Below, piece after piece: positions 12,862 to 24,378 of a stretch of 64,000 bases of DNA. This stretch comes from Eledone cirrhosa. Its lineage: Eukaryota. The stretch is from contig OZ024741.1 of assembly GCA_964016885.1 (NCBI GenBank), positions 162,564,001-162,628,000 on the forward strand, given 5' to 3'. The notes beneath the pieces were generated by a model. The model was not told where the DNA came from. It did no database searches and worked only from the letters and a program-made list of their open reading frames with translations. Made by a program: the position numbers and the translations under genes. Position 1 is the stretch's first letter, and each line of letters begins with the position of its first letter.

Positions 12862-12914
12862 ATAGATAGATAAATATTTTGGTACCAAATATTTATCTAT
12901 CTATCTGTTTATAT

Positions 12915-13303
12915 ACCACTTCAGAAGGAAGGTGAGAGTGGAGAGAGAGGTGCTGCACCCCAGTAAATTCGTTGAAAGGTGGGTGAATGTGGCGAAAATG
13001 TCCCGAGTGAATGGGCCTTCTCTGTATATAAACTGGAGGTTGAGGAAGACAAAAGAGGAAAGACGGGAACACCTACAAAACGTGCTCCTGGTGTTGAGGG
13101 TTGTTCTATCTACGGGGTGTAAAACAACTCCGCAGTAACGTTCCCTCCTATTGGGGATTTCGATTGTATTTTATTTTAATATATAGTTTCTTCTAATTTA
13201 TTAATGTTAAAGTTTATACGAATTTTATATAAAACCTCCGCCGTCACGTCTTATAATGTACCACTTCTTGTACGCCCTTGTGGCAAATAAAGAAATATAT
13301 CTA
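12915..13303 (+). mobile_element. 3' end of a LINE (probably L1/Tx1 type)
   Basis: VRVEREVLHPSKFVERWVNVAKMSRVNG C-terminus, AATAAA then TATC tail; second shorter copy at 13908-14170. Confidence 0.65.
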
Positions 13304-13372
13304 TCTGTTTATACGGTAGAAGCTATATATCCGACTTTTATGTAGAAAAGATTATCTACCTACTTATATAAC

Positions 13373-13822
13373 TGTAACGAAGGGTATTAGTAGTGGTTGT
13401 TAGGTTAAATAACAAGAATAGCTGATTTACTTTATATATAAAGGTTTACTTCACTTCATTCAAAAAGAACAATAAACAAGTTACCACGAGTCGCGAAGGT
13501 TGACGATGTTATTTTGTTGTTGGTTCATGAGGCTGGTGTAGTCTGAGACCAGGAGAGAGAGAGAGTAATGGTCTGTAGTTGACTGTAGACCTCAGAGGCC
13601 TGTACATAGTGGTGAATCTTTACATAGCTTGTCTATAGAGTACGGCTCCGATCTCTCTGTATAAAACGTGGAATGATACAGGCTTTATATACCTGTCGCT
13701 TTCTGCCTCCCGCCTTGAGGGATCGCCCACGCATGCATCTGTCCACGCCGAAAAGGATGGTGACCTAGAATTTGACTTTTAGGTGTCACCCAGGGTTCAA
13801 GGCGTAGACAGATTTCACTACA
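13373..13822 (-). mobile_element. Solo LTR (450 bp, Gypsy-like 4-bp TSD)
   Basis: TG...CA termini; TSD TAAC at 13369-13372 and 13823-13826; orientation inferred from TATA-like motif. Confidence 0.85.
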
Positions 13823-13907
13823 TAACTATCTGTTTATATGGTAGACGATATATATCCGGTGTTTATGTGATAAAATGTTATCTACATACCTATATAACTA
13901 TCTGTTT

Positions 13908-14170
13908 ATGGGCCTTCTCTGTATATAAACCTTTAGGTTGAAAAAACGAAAGAGAGAAGACAGGAGCACTTACAAAACATGCTCCTGGGGTTGGAGGTTA
14001 TCTACGGGGTGTAAAATAATCCTGCAGTAATCTTTTCCCCCTATTGGGGATTTCGATTGTCCATTTCAACTGTTAAATTTGTTTACAAGATTATTTGTAA
14101 AACCCCCGCCGTTATGTCTTGTAATGTTCCATTTCTTGTGCGCCCCCGCGGCAAATAAAGAAATATATCT
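13908..14170 (+). mobile_element. Second LINE 3'-end copy
   Basis: Homologous to 13011-13300, ending GGCAAATAAAGAAATATATCT. Confidence 0.7.
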
Positions 14171-14189
14171 GTTTATATGGTAGAAGATA

Positions 14190-14635
14190 TGCAGCGAGAT
14201 CTGTCTACGCCTTGAACCCTGGGTGACACCTAAAAGTCAAATTATAGGTCACCATCCTTTTCGGTGTGGACGGGTTCATGCGTGGGCAATCCCTCAAGGT
14301 GGGAGACAGAAAGCGACAGGTATATAAAGCCTATATTTTCCCACGTTTTACACACATACAGAGATCGGAGCCGTACTCTATAGACAAGCTATGAAAAGAT
14401 TCACCGCCTACTACAGGCCGCAGAGGTATACAGACCATTACTCTCTCTCTCCTGGTCTCAGACTACACCAGCTTCTTGAGCCAACAACAAAATAACATTG
14501 TCAACCTTCGCAACTCATGGTAACTTGTTTATGTGTTCTTTTTGACTGAAGTGAAGTAAACCTTTTTATATGTAAAGTAATTCAAATATTTCTGTTATTT
14601 CATCTAACAACCTTCCACTAATACCCTTCGTTACT
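14190..14635 (+). mobile_element. Solo LTR of the same family, opposite orientation
   Basis: Reverse complement of 13373-13822; TSD GATA at 14186-14189 and 14636-14639; GGTATATAAAG TATA-like box near 14319. Confidence 0.85.
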
Positions 14636-14639
14636 GATA

Positions 14640-14830
14640 TATATCCGGTGTTTATCTAGTAAAAGATTATCTACCTACCTATATAACTATCCAGTGTTTA
14701 TCTAGTAAAAGATTATCTACCTACCTATATAACTATCCAGTGTTTATGTGGTAAAAGATTATCTACCTACCTATATAACTATCTGTTTATATGATAGAAG
14801 AAACCTACTTGCCTACTTAACTATCTATCT
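14640..14830. repeat. Minisatellite background (~45-70-bp unit)
   Basis: GTGTTTAT..GTAAAAGATTATCTACCTACCTATATAACTATC repeated; same unit at 13300-13372 and 13823-13908. Confidence 0.8.
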
Positions 14831-15042
14831 GTTGTTTATATAAGGGGTCTCAATCATGAGCCCCGCGCCCCGCAAACTATTTCCTATAGCTTGCAACAGA
14901 ACAATTTTCTTGACTAATATTACTATCAACGTGTATTTCAAATTACTTATATATCATTAATAATCAAACATAGCCAAGACTTTGATTCCTCTTCACAGTT
15001 CAATATATATTCTTCTGTTCTTTCACTGATTTCAATCCACCA

Positions 15043-15190
15043 GTCTAAAACCACCAGTCGACCCTCCGGGTCCAGGTGTACCTTCTGTGGGGCAAGACCC
15101 AGATATTTTCGCAGCAGAACGACAACCCCACCCCCACCCCTCGGCTGACAGAGAGATGCGTAGATCTCAAAGTCGTCGAAGAAGTTTTCT
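15043..15190 (-). pseudogene. Remnant of an L1/Tx1 ORF2 APE endonuclease
   Basis: Minus-strand translation DFEIYASLCQPRG / GVVVLLRKYLGLAPQKVHLDPEGRLVVLD matches the APE GV..L...D..GR motif. Confidence 0.65.
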
Positions 15191-15402
15191 TGTCCTTTAC
15201 TTTTCCAGGTGTAATAACTTGTCCTTTACTTTTCTAGGTTTATTAATTTAAGAATATTTCTTTACATGCGCCCGCATTTTTCCCTGTAATCCACTTTTTT
15301 CCCAGGCAATGCAAGGATATTTATATTAATATTAATAAAAATATTTATCAACAAATAAGTTAAATAATAATAATAAATAGGAAGAAGTGCAGATAGGAAA
15401 AG

Positions 15403-15475
15403 TAATCAGGGTGGGAATCGAACCCACGACCTTCGGATTGCCCGTTCGCTGCTCTACCGACTGAGCTACCTGACC
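15403..15475 (-). tRNA. 73-nt tRNA-like sequence (pseudo-tRNA or SINE head; nominal anticodon GGC)
   Basis: Acceptor GGTCAGG/CCTGATT, D-arm GCTC/GAGC, T-arm GTGGG-TTCGATT-CCCAC, followed by TTTT; anticodon stem has two mismatches and G33. Confidence 0.6.
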
Positions 15476-15685
15476 ACAATTCGCTATTGCACAATCTATC
15501 ACTATTTTAATGTATTAGAAATTAGAAACAAACTAAGCGTTACTTATGTATGTAGTTCCTTACACTCTTTTGGTCCTCACTTATTTTATGTAACTTTTTT
15601 TCTACTGAACCAAATTTCAATATTTTTATGTCAAAAAGTAGCTTATCATAAGTAGCTTATGTCAAAAAGTAGCTTATCTGTGCTC

Positions 15686-17191
15686 CTATAAAGTGCAAAA
15701 AAGGCGTCGCGTTGAAGGCGTCGCGAGTGACCGAAATGGGACCTTAAGAATATTATAAATAACACCTACTTCCGTAGGTGTATGATAGAGTTTTTGTTGT
15801 GTTGTGTTTGTTTTTGTTTGTTGTTCTTGTGCGTGTTTGCGTTTTGTAGTACGTGTTATGTTTTGGGGAGGAGTGGGTTTTTTTAATTGTGATGTTTGTT
15901 CTGTTTGTGCTGGTGGTTGTGTGTTTGTGGCATTTTTGTTAATGTGGTGCCTTTTTTTTTTCCTTTTCACCTGTTGAAAGGGTTCTCCCTCGTCGTCACT
16001 GGGTGGCGTTGATACGGAGTCCTCTTCCGTGTTGTTGGGGAGGGGTATATTTTGGGGTTTTGTTGTGGTTGCTTTTGTATTTGTTTTAGGTGGGGAGGGG
16101 TTGGGTGGAACAGTGTTTTGTGTTGTTATTTTTCCGTGTGTATGTAGTGGTGGTGGTGGTGGTGGTGGTGGTGGTTGTGTTGTTGTGTTCGGGGTTGGTA
16201 GTAGAGCCTTTTTTTTTTGACTCGTTAATTGAGGACAGGCAGCCCTCAGGTGACCCCTGCTTAAGCAGTGGTAACATGACGGCCGCCTTCCCTCCACTGA
16301 AATGTTTATATAAGTTAGCCCGTCCAGAGGCACGCGTTGTGGGATATTCGCTATTCGTTCTGGGCTCATTTGCACCAGAACTTCTACGGTGGTCCCACCA
16401 AATACACCTCCGGAGGACTTTCCTATTGAAATTATCTTGTCTTCGTCAAAGTTAATTATTCCACATAGTATCCACCAAATGTTTACATTTGGTGTGATAC
16501 TCATTATTTTTATTCTTTGTGTCCTTTTTCCCCTGTATGTGGGGTAAAAGGTGAAGCGGGGGGACACAATGGGTGCTACCGAGTACTTTTGAGCTGTTGA
16601 CTGGTTGTTCATTAGCACCGAAATGCTACCAAACAGTTTACCTTTTTGTATGAAGGTTAAGTCCTTCATTGCATCTTTTAGAACCAGCTCAATTTCATTT
16701 TGTGATAATTGAGCTGGTTTTCTTGTTTCGTTTGATATTGTCCTGAAAACCACAGTTTTCAGGACAGCCTCTCTACATAATTCCTGTGGAGAATTGATGC
16801 TAAAAGCACCGTTTTCGCCAAAAGTCACGAATTGTTTTGCGTCTTGTAATAGTTGTTTAGCATTTGTTATGTCTATTGGCGTGTATAGTTCGTTTTTTTT
16901 TACGGTCTGTGCGAATGTTGTTTTGGTGTTGTTGTCTTTTTTGTTACTGTCACTGTTGGTAATATTGGTGTTGCTATTGTTGCAGTTGTTGGTTGTGGTG
17001 TTATTGTCATTGTTCTTGTTGTTGGTGCTGGTATTATTTACCGGGTTTGGTTTCGTGGTTTCGATATTTTTCACGTTTTTCGATGATGCGAGTGGGGAAG
17101 GCTGCAAGCTTTGTACTCCTACCTTCCCTCCACCACTTTTCTTACTGGGCGTGGCACTCACGACAGTGTGCGAGGTGGAAATGGCATCCAT
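15686..17191 (-). CDS. Gag-like ORF1 of an L1/Tx1-type non-LTR retrotransposon (~501 aa from MDAIST)
   Basis: TFAQTVK motif, RRM-like middle region, CX2CX4HX4C knuckle (CYHCLSRGHLRAAC), Pro/Thr-rich tail, FQQVKRKKKR basic motif; APE remnant downstream on the same strand. Confidence 0.8.
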   Translation of the reverse strand: MDAISTSHTVVSATPSKKSGGGKVGVQSLQPSPLASSKNVKNIETTKPNPVNNTSTNNKNNDNNTTTNNCNNSNTNITNSDSNKKDNNTKTTFAQTVKKNELYTPIDITNAKQLLQDAKQFVTFGENGAFSINSPQELCREAVLKTVVFRTISNETRKPAQLSQNEIELVLKDAMKDLTFIQKGKLFGSISVLMNNQSTAQKYSVAPIVSPRFTFYPTYRGKRTQRIKIMSITPNVNIWWILCGIINFDEDKIISIGKSSGGVFGGTTVEVLVQMSPERIANIPQRVPLDGLTYINISVEGRRPSCYHCLSRGHLRAACPQLTSQKKKALLPTPNTTTQPPPPPPPPPLHTHGKITTQNTVPPNPSPPKTNTKATTTKPQNIPLPNNTEEDSVSTPPSDDEGEPFQQVKRKKKRHHINKNATNTQPPAQTEQTSQLKKPTPPQNITRTTKRKHAQEQQTKTNTTQQKLYHTPTEVGVIYNILKVPFRSLATPSTRRLFCTL

Positions 17192-17874
17192 TGCCACCAA
17201 GTCTACAGTTTTTAGATGAAAATTGAAAATTTCGCCCCAGAAAGGGGCGAAAATTAGTTGACTCAGCGTCTGACGGCCCAGGCAAGGGGTTAAACTAAAC
17301 AATGTTATTAAATTGAGCAATAAACTCACAGTTTTTTTTACAACAATCCGTAAAATCCGGAGCAAAGTAAATCACGTCTATATCAAGTGGTAATTGATAT
17401 AGAGAGGGGTACAGGAAGAGAGTTCCTTGTAGTAGATATAGAGAGGAAGAGAGTTTCGTGTAGTAGATATACAGAGGGCAGAGTTTGATATTAATTGACA
17501 TAGAGAGGAGGATTGGGAGAGAGTGTTGTATGGTTAATGAAGAGGGAGGGGTCGGCAATGAATAGATGTGAGGATAGATAGAGGTATGTATTGTTAGATA
17601 TAGAGAGGGGGAGAGTTTGGTAGTGATGGATAGAGTGAGAGTGAATGAGAGAGAGAGAGAGTGTTGTACGGTAGTTTCTCCCCAAACTACCACATATCTA
17701 TTTGGATATCATTTACAATTTATGTACATGTTATGTTTATCACATATCAAAGTTTTCTGATCATTTTAAAGTGCAAAAGCTAAACTAATCACTCAACTAA
17801 ATTGACCAAATTTGGCCCAATTCATAAATGCTTCCACCGCCCGTGTTTATGTATGTAAGGGGTTTGGAATACCA

Positions 17875-18195
17875 GTGTATATGTGTGAATGGCCAGTCAC
17901 TGATACAGATAGAAAGCAAGCGAATGTGTAGAATCACAACTTCATGTTGTCAGAAAATATGTTATTATGAATTCTATCTGATGTTTGAAGCATTCCTTTT
18001 CAAAAACACAGCCATACTGTTTGAAAAGAAATGTTAGAAATCGCAACCGAACATTTTATCAGGCACGTGTATCACAATTTTGATACAAGCTGACAAAATT
18101 CATTTTTTTTTTTTTTACTGAAAATATCCAGTCAGAAATACACACATTCACTTGCTTTTTATCTGTCTGCGTAGCTATCCACACATATATATACT
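17875..18195. mobile_element. Degraded foldback MITE-like element
   Basis: Imperfect inverted arms ACAGATAGAAAGCAAGCGAATGTGT / ACACATTCACTTGCTTTTTATCTGT. Confidence 0.5.
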
Positions 18196-18574
18196 TACAT
18201 TGTCTGCAGAGGTACGTTTTCGAAGATGTACATTACGTTAATAAAATTTAAGTTGTTCTTTTTTAATTCAGAAGGAAAATAAATTATAAACAGTTTGCAT
18301 AATTTAGGGAATTAATTGTCTCTTGAAATATTTTACGAGAACGATTATTTTAAAGGATAATAGTCAACTCGATTGTTTTTTTTAAAAAATAGATAACATT
18401 TTTAGATTTTCTTTTTTCTATGTTGTATATTGTTCGTAGTGCGGTTTTGATTTTCAATTCTTGAAAGTTATCAGATTTTTTTTTATTGAATATAGGTTAA
18501 TATCTGTGTATGATATTTTTTAGAAGTTCCTGCGTACAGATGGCTTGTCATAATTATGACTAAGTAATCACACC

Positions 18575-18830
18575 TACCACGATTTTGAAATCAGTGTACC
18601 CCTTCTCCTCAGCAGACTGCCACACAAAACTGACGAGTTCTGCCTGCACAGAGGAATAGGTTTTAAGACGCCAGTAACTCGCCTTTGCCCTTTCTCCATG
18701 TCAGTTCTAAACATCTTCGCCACTGGAAAGCCAGGGGATAGGCGTCGGTTGTAAGAGGCTATATATGACGCAAGCCGTTTGGGGAATTTTAGTTGAGAGT
18801 AGATTCTCAGGACTACTTCCACCCTGGCAA
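18575..18830 (-). mobile_element. RTE 5'UTR-like fragment
   Basis: Reverse complement contains AAAGGGCAAAGG...CTTAA...GTCAG...GGCA...AGGAGAAGG, collinear with 55395-55490. Confidence 0.5.
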
Positions 18831-18844
18831 CGATAACTCATGAA

Positions 18845-19035
18845 TCCCATTGGTTGGTGTCAGGCTGCACCGTAAATTTACTGAGTGTGGAGGACTCTGA
18901 ACTGTTGTTACCGCATTCTTCTAAGCGAGGGAAACTCTGACGTCAAACATACAAGTGATGATCTTGCTTGTGCTTGTCATCGGATAATAATCATTGAGAT
19001 ATAGAGAGTGGCAATAATGTCATGCGCGCACACGC
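18845..19035 (+). mobile_element. RTE 5'UTR-like repeat (second copy at 26305-26505)
   Basis: GGAAACTCTGA...AAAC...GAGAGTG motif order shared with 55490-55620. Confidence 0.55.
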
Positions 19036-19102
19036 GTGTGTCTTACTTGCCCATCTACATAACTATACTCTCTCTTTCTCTCTCTCCATACCTCTATTCT
19101 TT

Positions 19103-19155
<53 letters not shown>

Positions 19156-20375
19156 AAAACCACAAACCCTCCATCTCAATTCTACTTTTGAAAAGCACAA
19201 GAACTGCGAAACCGGTAAAGGAACCAAATAAATATATATTTAAAAAAAAAAACTCCAGTTGCATTTTCGATTTCATCTTTTTTCCTTATACTTTCACTCG
19301 TGTAGTACATCTCGTTTTTTTTCATTTTGTAAAAAAAACCTCACTTTCTAATATATATATATATATAGTTATAAATAGATATACCTATACATCAATATAT
19401 GTCTGTCTCGCCGGTACTATATGTTTAAATACACTATCTGTATGCGAGGCAGTTCACACCAACATTTTTGAATATAATATAAAATAATCGCTAAAATTCG
19501 AAGAAATTAGAGGTGGACTGAGTTGGCGAGAGTCAATTAAAAAAAAAAAAAGCTTTCTTGAATCCTCCATCGGTTTCGACCATGAAAATCCATTTATCGA
19601 GCAAGTGAGCGTCTACTCGTTAGTTCAACATATATGGGACCGAGTTTTCTGAAGTCATGTGTACTTTTAACCCCTTAACTGCAATTCTTGGGCAGGGTTA
19701 GCGTGACACAGTGTGTAACAACGCTGGACATTTGAATTACATGTACAATCCATCTGACGGGCTTCCACACAGTTTTCGTCTAACCAATGTTTTTCGTATG
19801 CTTGTATCAACTTGAAGCTATTGTAAAAGATACTTGCCTAATATTCTACACGTTGGATTCTATTCTGGAAATTTTTGATTGCAAAGAGAACTTCTTAGCA
19901 ATTCAGCCACATCCTGTGTCAACTTCCCAAATAACGTCATCCTGAATAAGACAAACCCAAACTAACAGCACTGAATGAAGAAAACACGGGATGATCAACG
20001 CTGGTGTCTTTGCTCAAGACACGACTTTATCAGGGGTTACGGGTCCATAAATACATACAAGCCAACGGCATTTCTGAAAAATTGTAATAAACATGAACCT
20101 CTTCGTTATCTAGTACTAGTGGTGTAGGATTTATATGGTTATATTCCAGGCAATTAAAAATGCTTTTTCTTTTATTTTTAAATGTTTATTTTTTCTCAAA
20201 TTTATTACTGTACATTTAGCAGCTAATGGAATGGACCATCGTTAGTTTCGACAATGAATATTCCAGATTATCGATCAACAGAACAGCCTATTTATGAAAT
20301 TATGTGTATTTCTTAGACACGTTTACCTTTAATATATTTCTCAGGGAGATTCAGCGTGACACAGTATGTAATAAC

Positions 20376-20908
20376 CGTTTCTACTTTAGACACAAGGGCA
20401 GAAATATTGAAGAGGAGGGGAAAGTCGATTAAATCAATCCCAGTACTTACTGGTATTTTATTTTATCGACCCCGTAAGGATGAAAGGCAAAGCTAACCTC
20501 GGCGGTATTTGAACTCAGAACGTAAAGAGCCGTAACTCTCTGCCGCAAAGCAGGATGTCCGACGCTCTACCGATACTGCCAATTCACCGCCCTCAGTATG
20601 TAATAACTGTTTCTACTTTAGGCACAAGGCCAGCAATTACCCAGTACATTACTGGTACTTTATTTTATCGACTCCGTAAGGATGAAAGGCAAAGTTAACC
20701 TAATAGTAGTAGTAATAATAATAATTGTTTCTACTTTTAGCACAAGGCCAGCAATTACCCAGTACATTACTGGCATTTTATCGACCCCGTAAGGATGAAA
20801 GGCAAAGCTAACCTCGGCGGTATTTGAACTCAGAACGCAAACAACCGCAACTCTCTGCCGCGAAGCAGGATGTCCGACGCTCTACCGATACTGCCAATTC
20901 ACCGCCCT
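20376..20908 (-). mobile_element. Three tandem SINE family A copies inserted in an older SINE
   Basis: Target CAGTATGTAATAAC occurs three times (about 20362, 20594, 20909). Confidence 0.85.
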
Positions 20909-21064
20909 CAGTATGTAATAACGTCAGCCATTCAGAATACATATACACTCCATTCGACGATCTTCCAACAAGTTTCTGTCTACTGAATCTGGAAGAGAAA
21001 ACATACAAATACATACATACATACATACATACATACATACATACATACATACATACATACATAC

Positions 21065-21415
21065 ATGATGGTTGCCCCCTCGATATCGTGTATGGCCATT
21101 GCACAATATAACATTATTAATAATGATCAATTAATGATATCGTGCAATGCCTGTGCGTGAAGATTTTTTTTTAAAGTGAAGAAAGACTGTGCACTGAGCC
21201 AATCCCACTCTCTGAGCGACAGTAGCTATAACCCGAAAAGAAAAGATCAATATCATCGGTAACTACTGAGCCGCAGGTTTTATGTCGGAATTATCCCAGT
21301 TTTCTGAGTTGCCTTCTCATAGAAGAATGCCCTGACAAAGGCTAAGGGTCCTTCACTCCCAATGGTTTAACCGCGCGATCTGGTATCCAGCCCGATTATT
21401 TCTATGTCCCCGCGC
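21065..21415 (-). mobile_element. Bipartite non-autonomous RTE-derived element
   Basis: Body resembles an RTE 5'UTR; 3' end GCAATGGCCATACACGATATCGAGGGGGCAACCATCAT(GTAT)n matches the LINE end at 59823-59865. Confidence 0.75.
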
Positions 21416-22749
21416 TTATATATACATATGTATACATGTATATACATATATACATACACAACATATATCCATATGTATATACATATTTACTCATTTTTGG
21501 ATGGCCGTTGCCTCTTATGAGTTCTTTCGCCCTTTGTCATACATACACACATACATCCATACATGTGTGTGTGTGTGTTAGTATATTTATAACCCAAACA
21601 TGTATACATAGTGTTTATGTATACATGTCATGGTTATAAGCATATCCTTTCGTATTTCTGTAAAATCTATTATTAATGTATTACCATTAATAATAGTAAC
21701 AACTAACAGGATACGCAGTCGGATATATTCCCGGATATCAGCCGAGATACGATGGAAACACAAACTGAAATAGAAATCAACGGTAATAGTTTCTCTGACT
21801 AATATTTTTTCTTTTATATATGGCAGGTGGTGAATTGGCAGAGTAGTTAGAACGTCTGCTAGAATGCTTTGCGGTATTCGCGCCGACTCTCGGCGTTCTA
21901 AGTTCAAAACCTGCTGAGGTTTGAACTTTGCCTTTCATTCTTTCGAGGTCGTTAAAAAATAAATACCAGTCCAGTACTGAGGCCTTTTCTTCCTCTATAC
22001 CCTTTTCTTACTTCCTATCGTACTCATTCCTCTTCTTTCTTTGAAAGAAATTGACTTCAGACTTGGAGAGAGATGAGCTCCGCGAGGTTTAAACGGATTA
22101 GAAGTATTAGGTCCACTATACTTTATTTGACAAAAAATGATGACTTAATTATAGACAAATCAACCTTTACGCCCTCAATTCAACTGCTAGAAACAACTAC
22201 TAAATCTCCCCCAAATCACATCCATTTTTTAAAAATGACATATTAATGTTCGCTTAGATACACTCTGCCTGAAGAAAATACGGGATGGTCAAGGTCGGAC
22301 ACTTGAAACTAAATAGGATAAAATGGACTTCCGACAGTTTTGATGGTGAATATTTCAGTTGTTCGATCAACGGAATATCCTGCCGTGAAATTAACGTGTA
22401 AGTAACTGAACATTCCACAGACACATGTACTCTTAACATAATTCTCAGTGAGATGCAACATGACTCAATGTATGGCTTAAGAAGTTCAGTTCATATTCAT
22501 AAGATCCATAGTTCGATTTCATTACGTAGCATCATGGCACGTGTCATTTACAACAGTTATTGTAAAAATAGATAAACGGAAACTTTGGAAGTTCGTCGAC
22601 AGAACTGTACTTCTCCTTTTCTAGTGGCCAGAAGCCTCTTTAATTTATGGTACAATTGTTTCATAAAACCTAGTTTGACAAATATGTCCGAACACGGAAG
22701 AACTGAACTCCCACTGTCATCGCCTCCATCTCTCTCGTCCTCCTCATCA

Positions 22750-22900
22750 TATTATGCGCAAATGGGGTCCCACGTGCTGGCCGCCCCACAGCCCCAGCGG
22801 ACAAAATGGAGAAGGCGTTTGCCGGGAGGATGGTAAGGGAGATGCGCTGGAAGAGACATTCCATCTCGCGAGACTCACACCTGCGGCTGGCCAGCTCAGC
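22750..22900 (+). promoter_or_regulatory. GC/CpG-rich promoter-like island with a candidate first coding micro-exon (22806-22832, MEKAFAGRM)
   Basis: TGCGCA (22755), CACGTG (22771), CAAAATGG start context, ATG|GTAAGG donor at 22833, TCTCGCGAGA palindrome at 22864-22873. Confidence 0.4.
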
Positions 22901-23173
22901 GCTTATGGTGTACTTGTGATTCGAAAGAGTCTTCGAAAGAGGTGGAGGAAGAGAAGAGTAGAAGGAGAAGAAAGTAAAAATATCGAGCTTAGTATGCTAA
23001 TTTCACACCTAAACGTCCAAAAGATTAGTCAACTAAATGGAAACAACTCTCATAAATGCTCTACATGAGGGGTGGCCAACCTTTCGAACCTCACGGACCA
23101 CTGAATTCATAATTTTAAATCACGCGGACCACTAATATGAATTTTCTTTAAAGGATAAATACATTTGTAAAAT

Positions 23174-23372
23174 AATTGTTTCTACTTTTGGCACAAGGCC
23201 AGCAATAACCCCAGTGTATTACTGGTATTTTATTTTATCGACCCCCCTAAGGATGAATGGAAAAGTTAACCTCAGCGGGATTTGAACTCAGAACATAAAG
23301 AGCTCATAGATAACTCCTATGTTGCAAAGCATGGTGTCTGACACTCTGACACTCTACCGATACTGCCAATCC
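23174..23372 (-). mobile_element. SINE family A with 16-bp TSD, inserted in a hAT-like MITE remnant
   Basis: ACATTTGTAAAATAAT at 23161-23176 and 23373-23388. Confidence 0.9.
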
Positions 23373-23462
23373 ACATTTGTAAAATAATGATCAGAAGACT
23401 TCCATTTTATTAAACAATACTGAAGAGTACGTCTGTCATATTGTCGATAGATGATACATGTG

Positions 23463-23755
23463 AAGGCACGCGGATCTGTGGTTAGGGTATTCGTAAGGTC
23501 GTGAGTTCAATTGCCAGTGGGGCGCTGTGTCCTTGAGCAAGACACTTTATTTCACGTTGCTCCAGTCCATTCAGCTGGCAAAAATGAGTAGTTATAAGGG
23601 CTAGCTTTGCCACCACGCTGAATATCCCTGAGATCTATGTTATGGGTACGCGTGTCTGGAATACTCAGCCACTTGCACGTTAATTTCACGAGCAGGCTGT
23701 TCCGTTGATCGTATCGGCTAGAACACTCATCGTCGTAACCGACAGAGTGCCACTA
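23463..23755 (+). mobile_element. tRNA-derived SINE, family B (Nin/Deu-like core)
   Basis: GTGGTTAGGG...GAGTTCAATT head then GTGTCCTTGAGCAAGACACTT...CAGCTGGCAAAAATGAGTA; remnants at 20225-20370, 22280-22460, 24860-25040. Confidence 0.7.
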
Positions 23756-23865
23756 AGATGATACATATATGTAAAATTCTTTCATGGATGTTAGTTCTTT
23801 ACTGAGGAGAAACATTTTTAGGGGTGTTAAAGAATATGTTTCAACGAAATATTATTTTTGTTTTA

Positions 23866-24378
23866 TCTATATTTATAAAGTTGTAGTTCCTGCCTGCCTG
23901 TTTGTTTGTTCACAAACTCCTCCCATGGTTTTGGAGATAGACCCCCCCCCCCCCATAACCATATATATTCTGAAACTACATTGCCCTTGGATAAGTATAT
24001 TTCATTTTAATGAAAGGGTTCCCCGGGGGCACCAACCCCCGCTGAAAATCTTTTCCCTTCGATTTATATGAAATTTAAACCATAGGTAAATGACAAGATA
24101 TGATGCCTATTCACAAAAGTTTTGAAATGATATTTTGAAAAAAATTATTTACAAGAAACAAAATAAGAATAAGATTTAATAATGTAATTTTGATTTGACA
24201 TATTACAAAAAATAATGTTTTCCAATTTTTCATGCAATACATTTTACATTGAGTAATATTGAAATGCAAAGTTTTTCTCCATAAATTATATCACTGATTT
24301 AAAATCAATCATCATTTTCTTACAAGAAAAAAAAAAAAAAATGTGTGAAACGCAGCAAGGCACAGGTAATTCGGCTAG
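23866..24378 (+). mobile_element. Non-autonomous Helitron
   Basis: 5' TCTATATTTATAAAG and 3' CTAG, inserted between A and T with no TSD. Confidence 0.75.

Noticed and set aside
13373-14635. Single large TIR/foldback transposon
   Set aside because: Each arm has its own distinct 4-bp TSD, so these are two separate solo LTRs
15403-15475. Functional tRNA-Ala(GGC) gene
   Set aside because: G33, two anticodon-stem mismatches, no G3:U70
16029-17226. Plus-strand ORFs overlapping ORF1
   Set aside because: Antisense shadows of a low-complexity coding region
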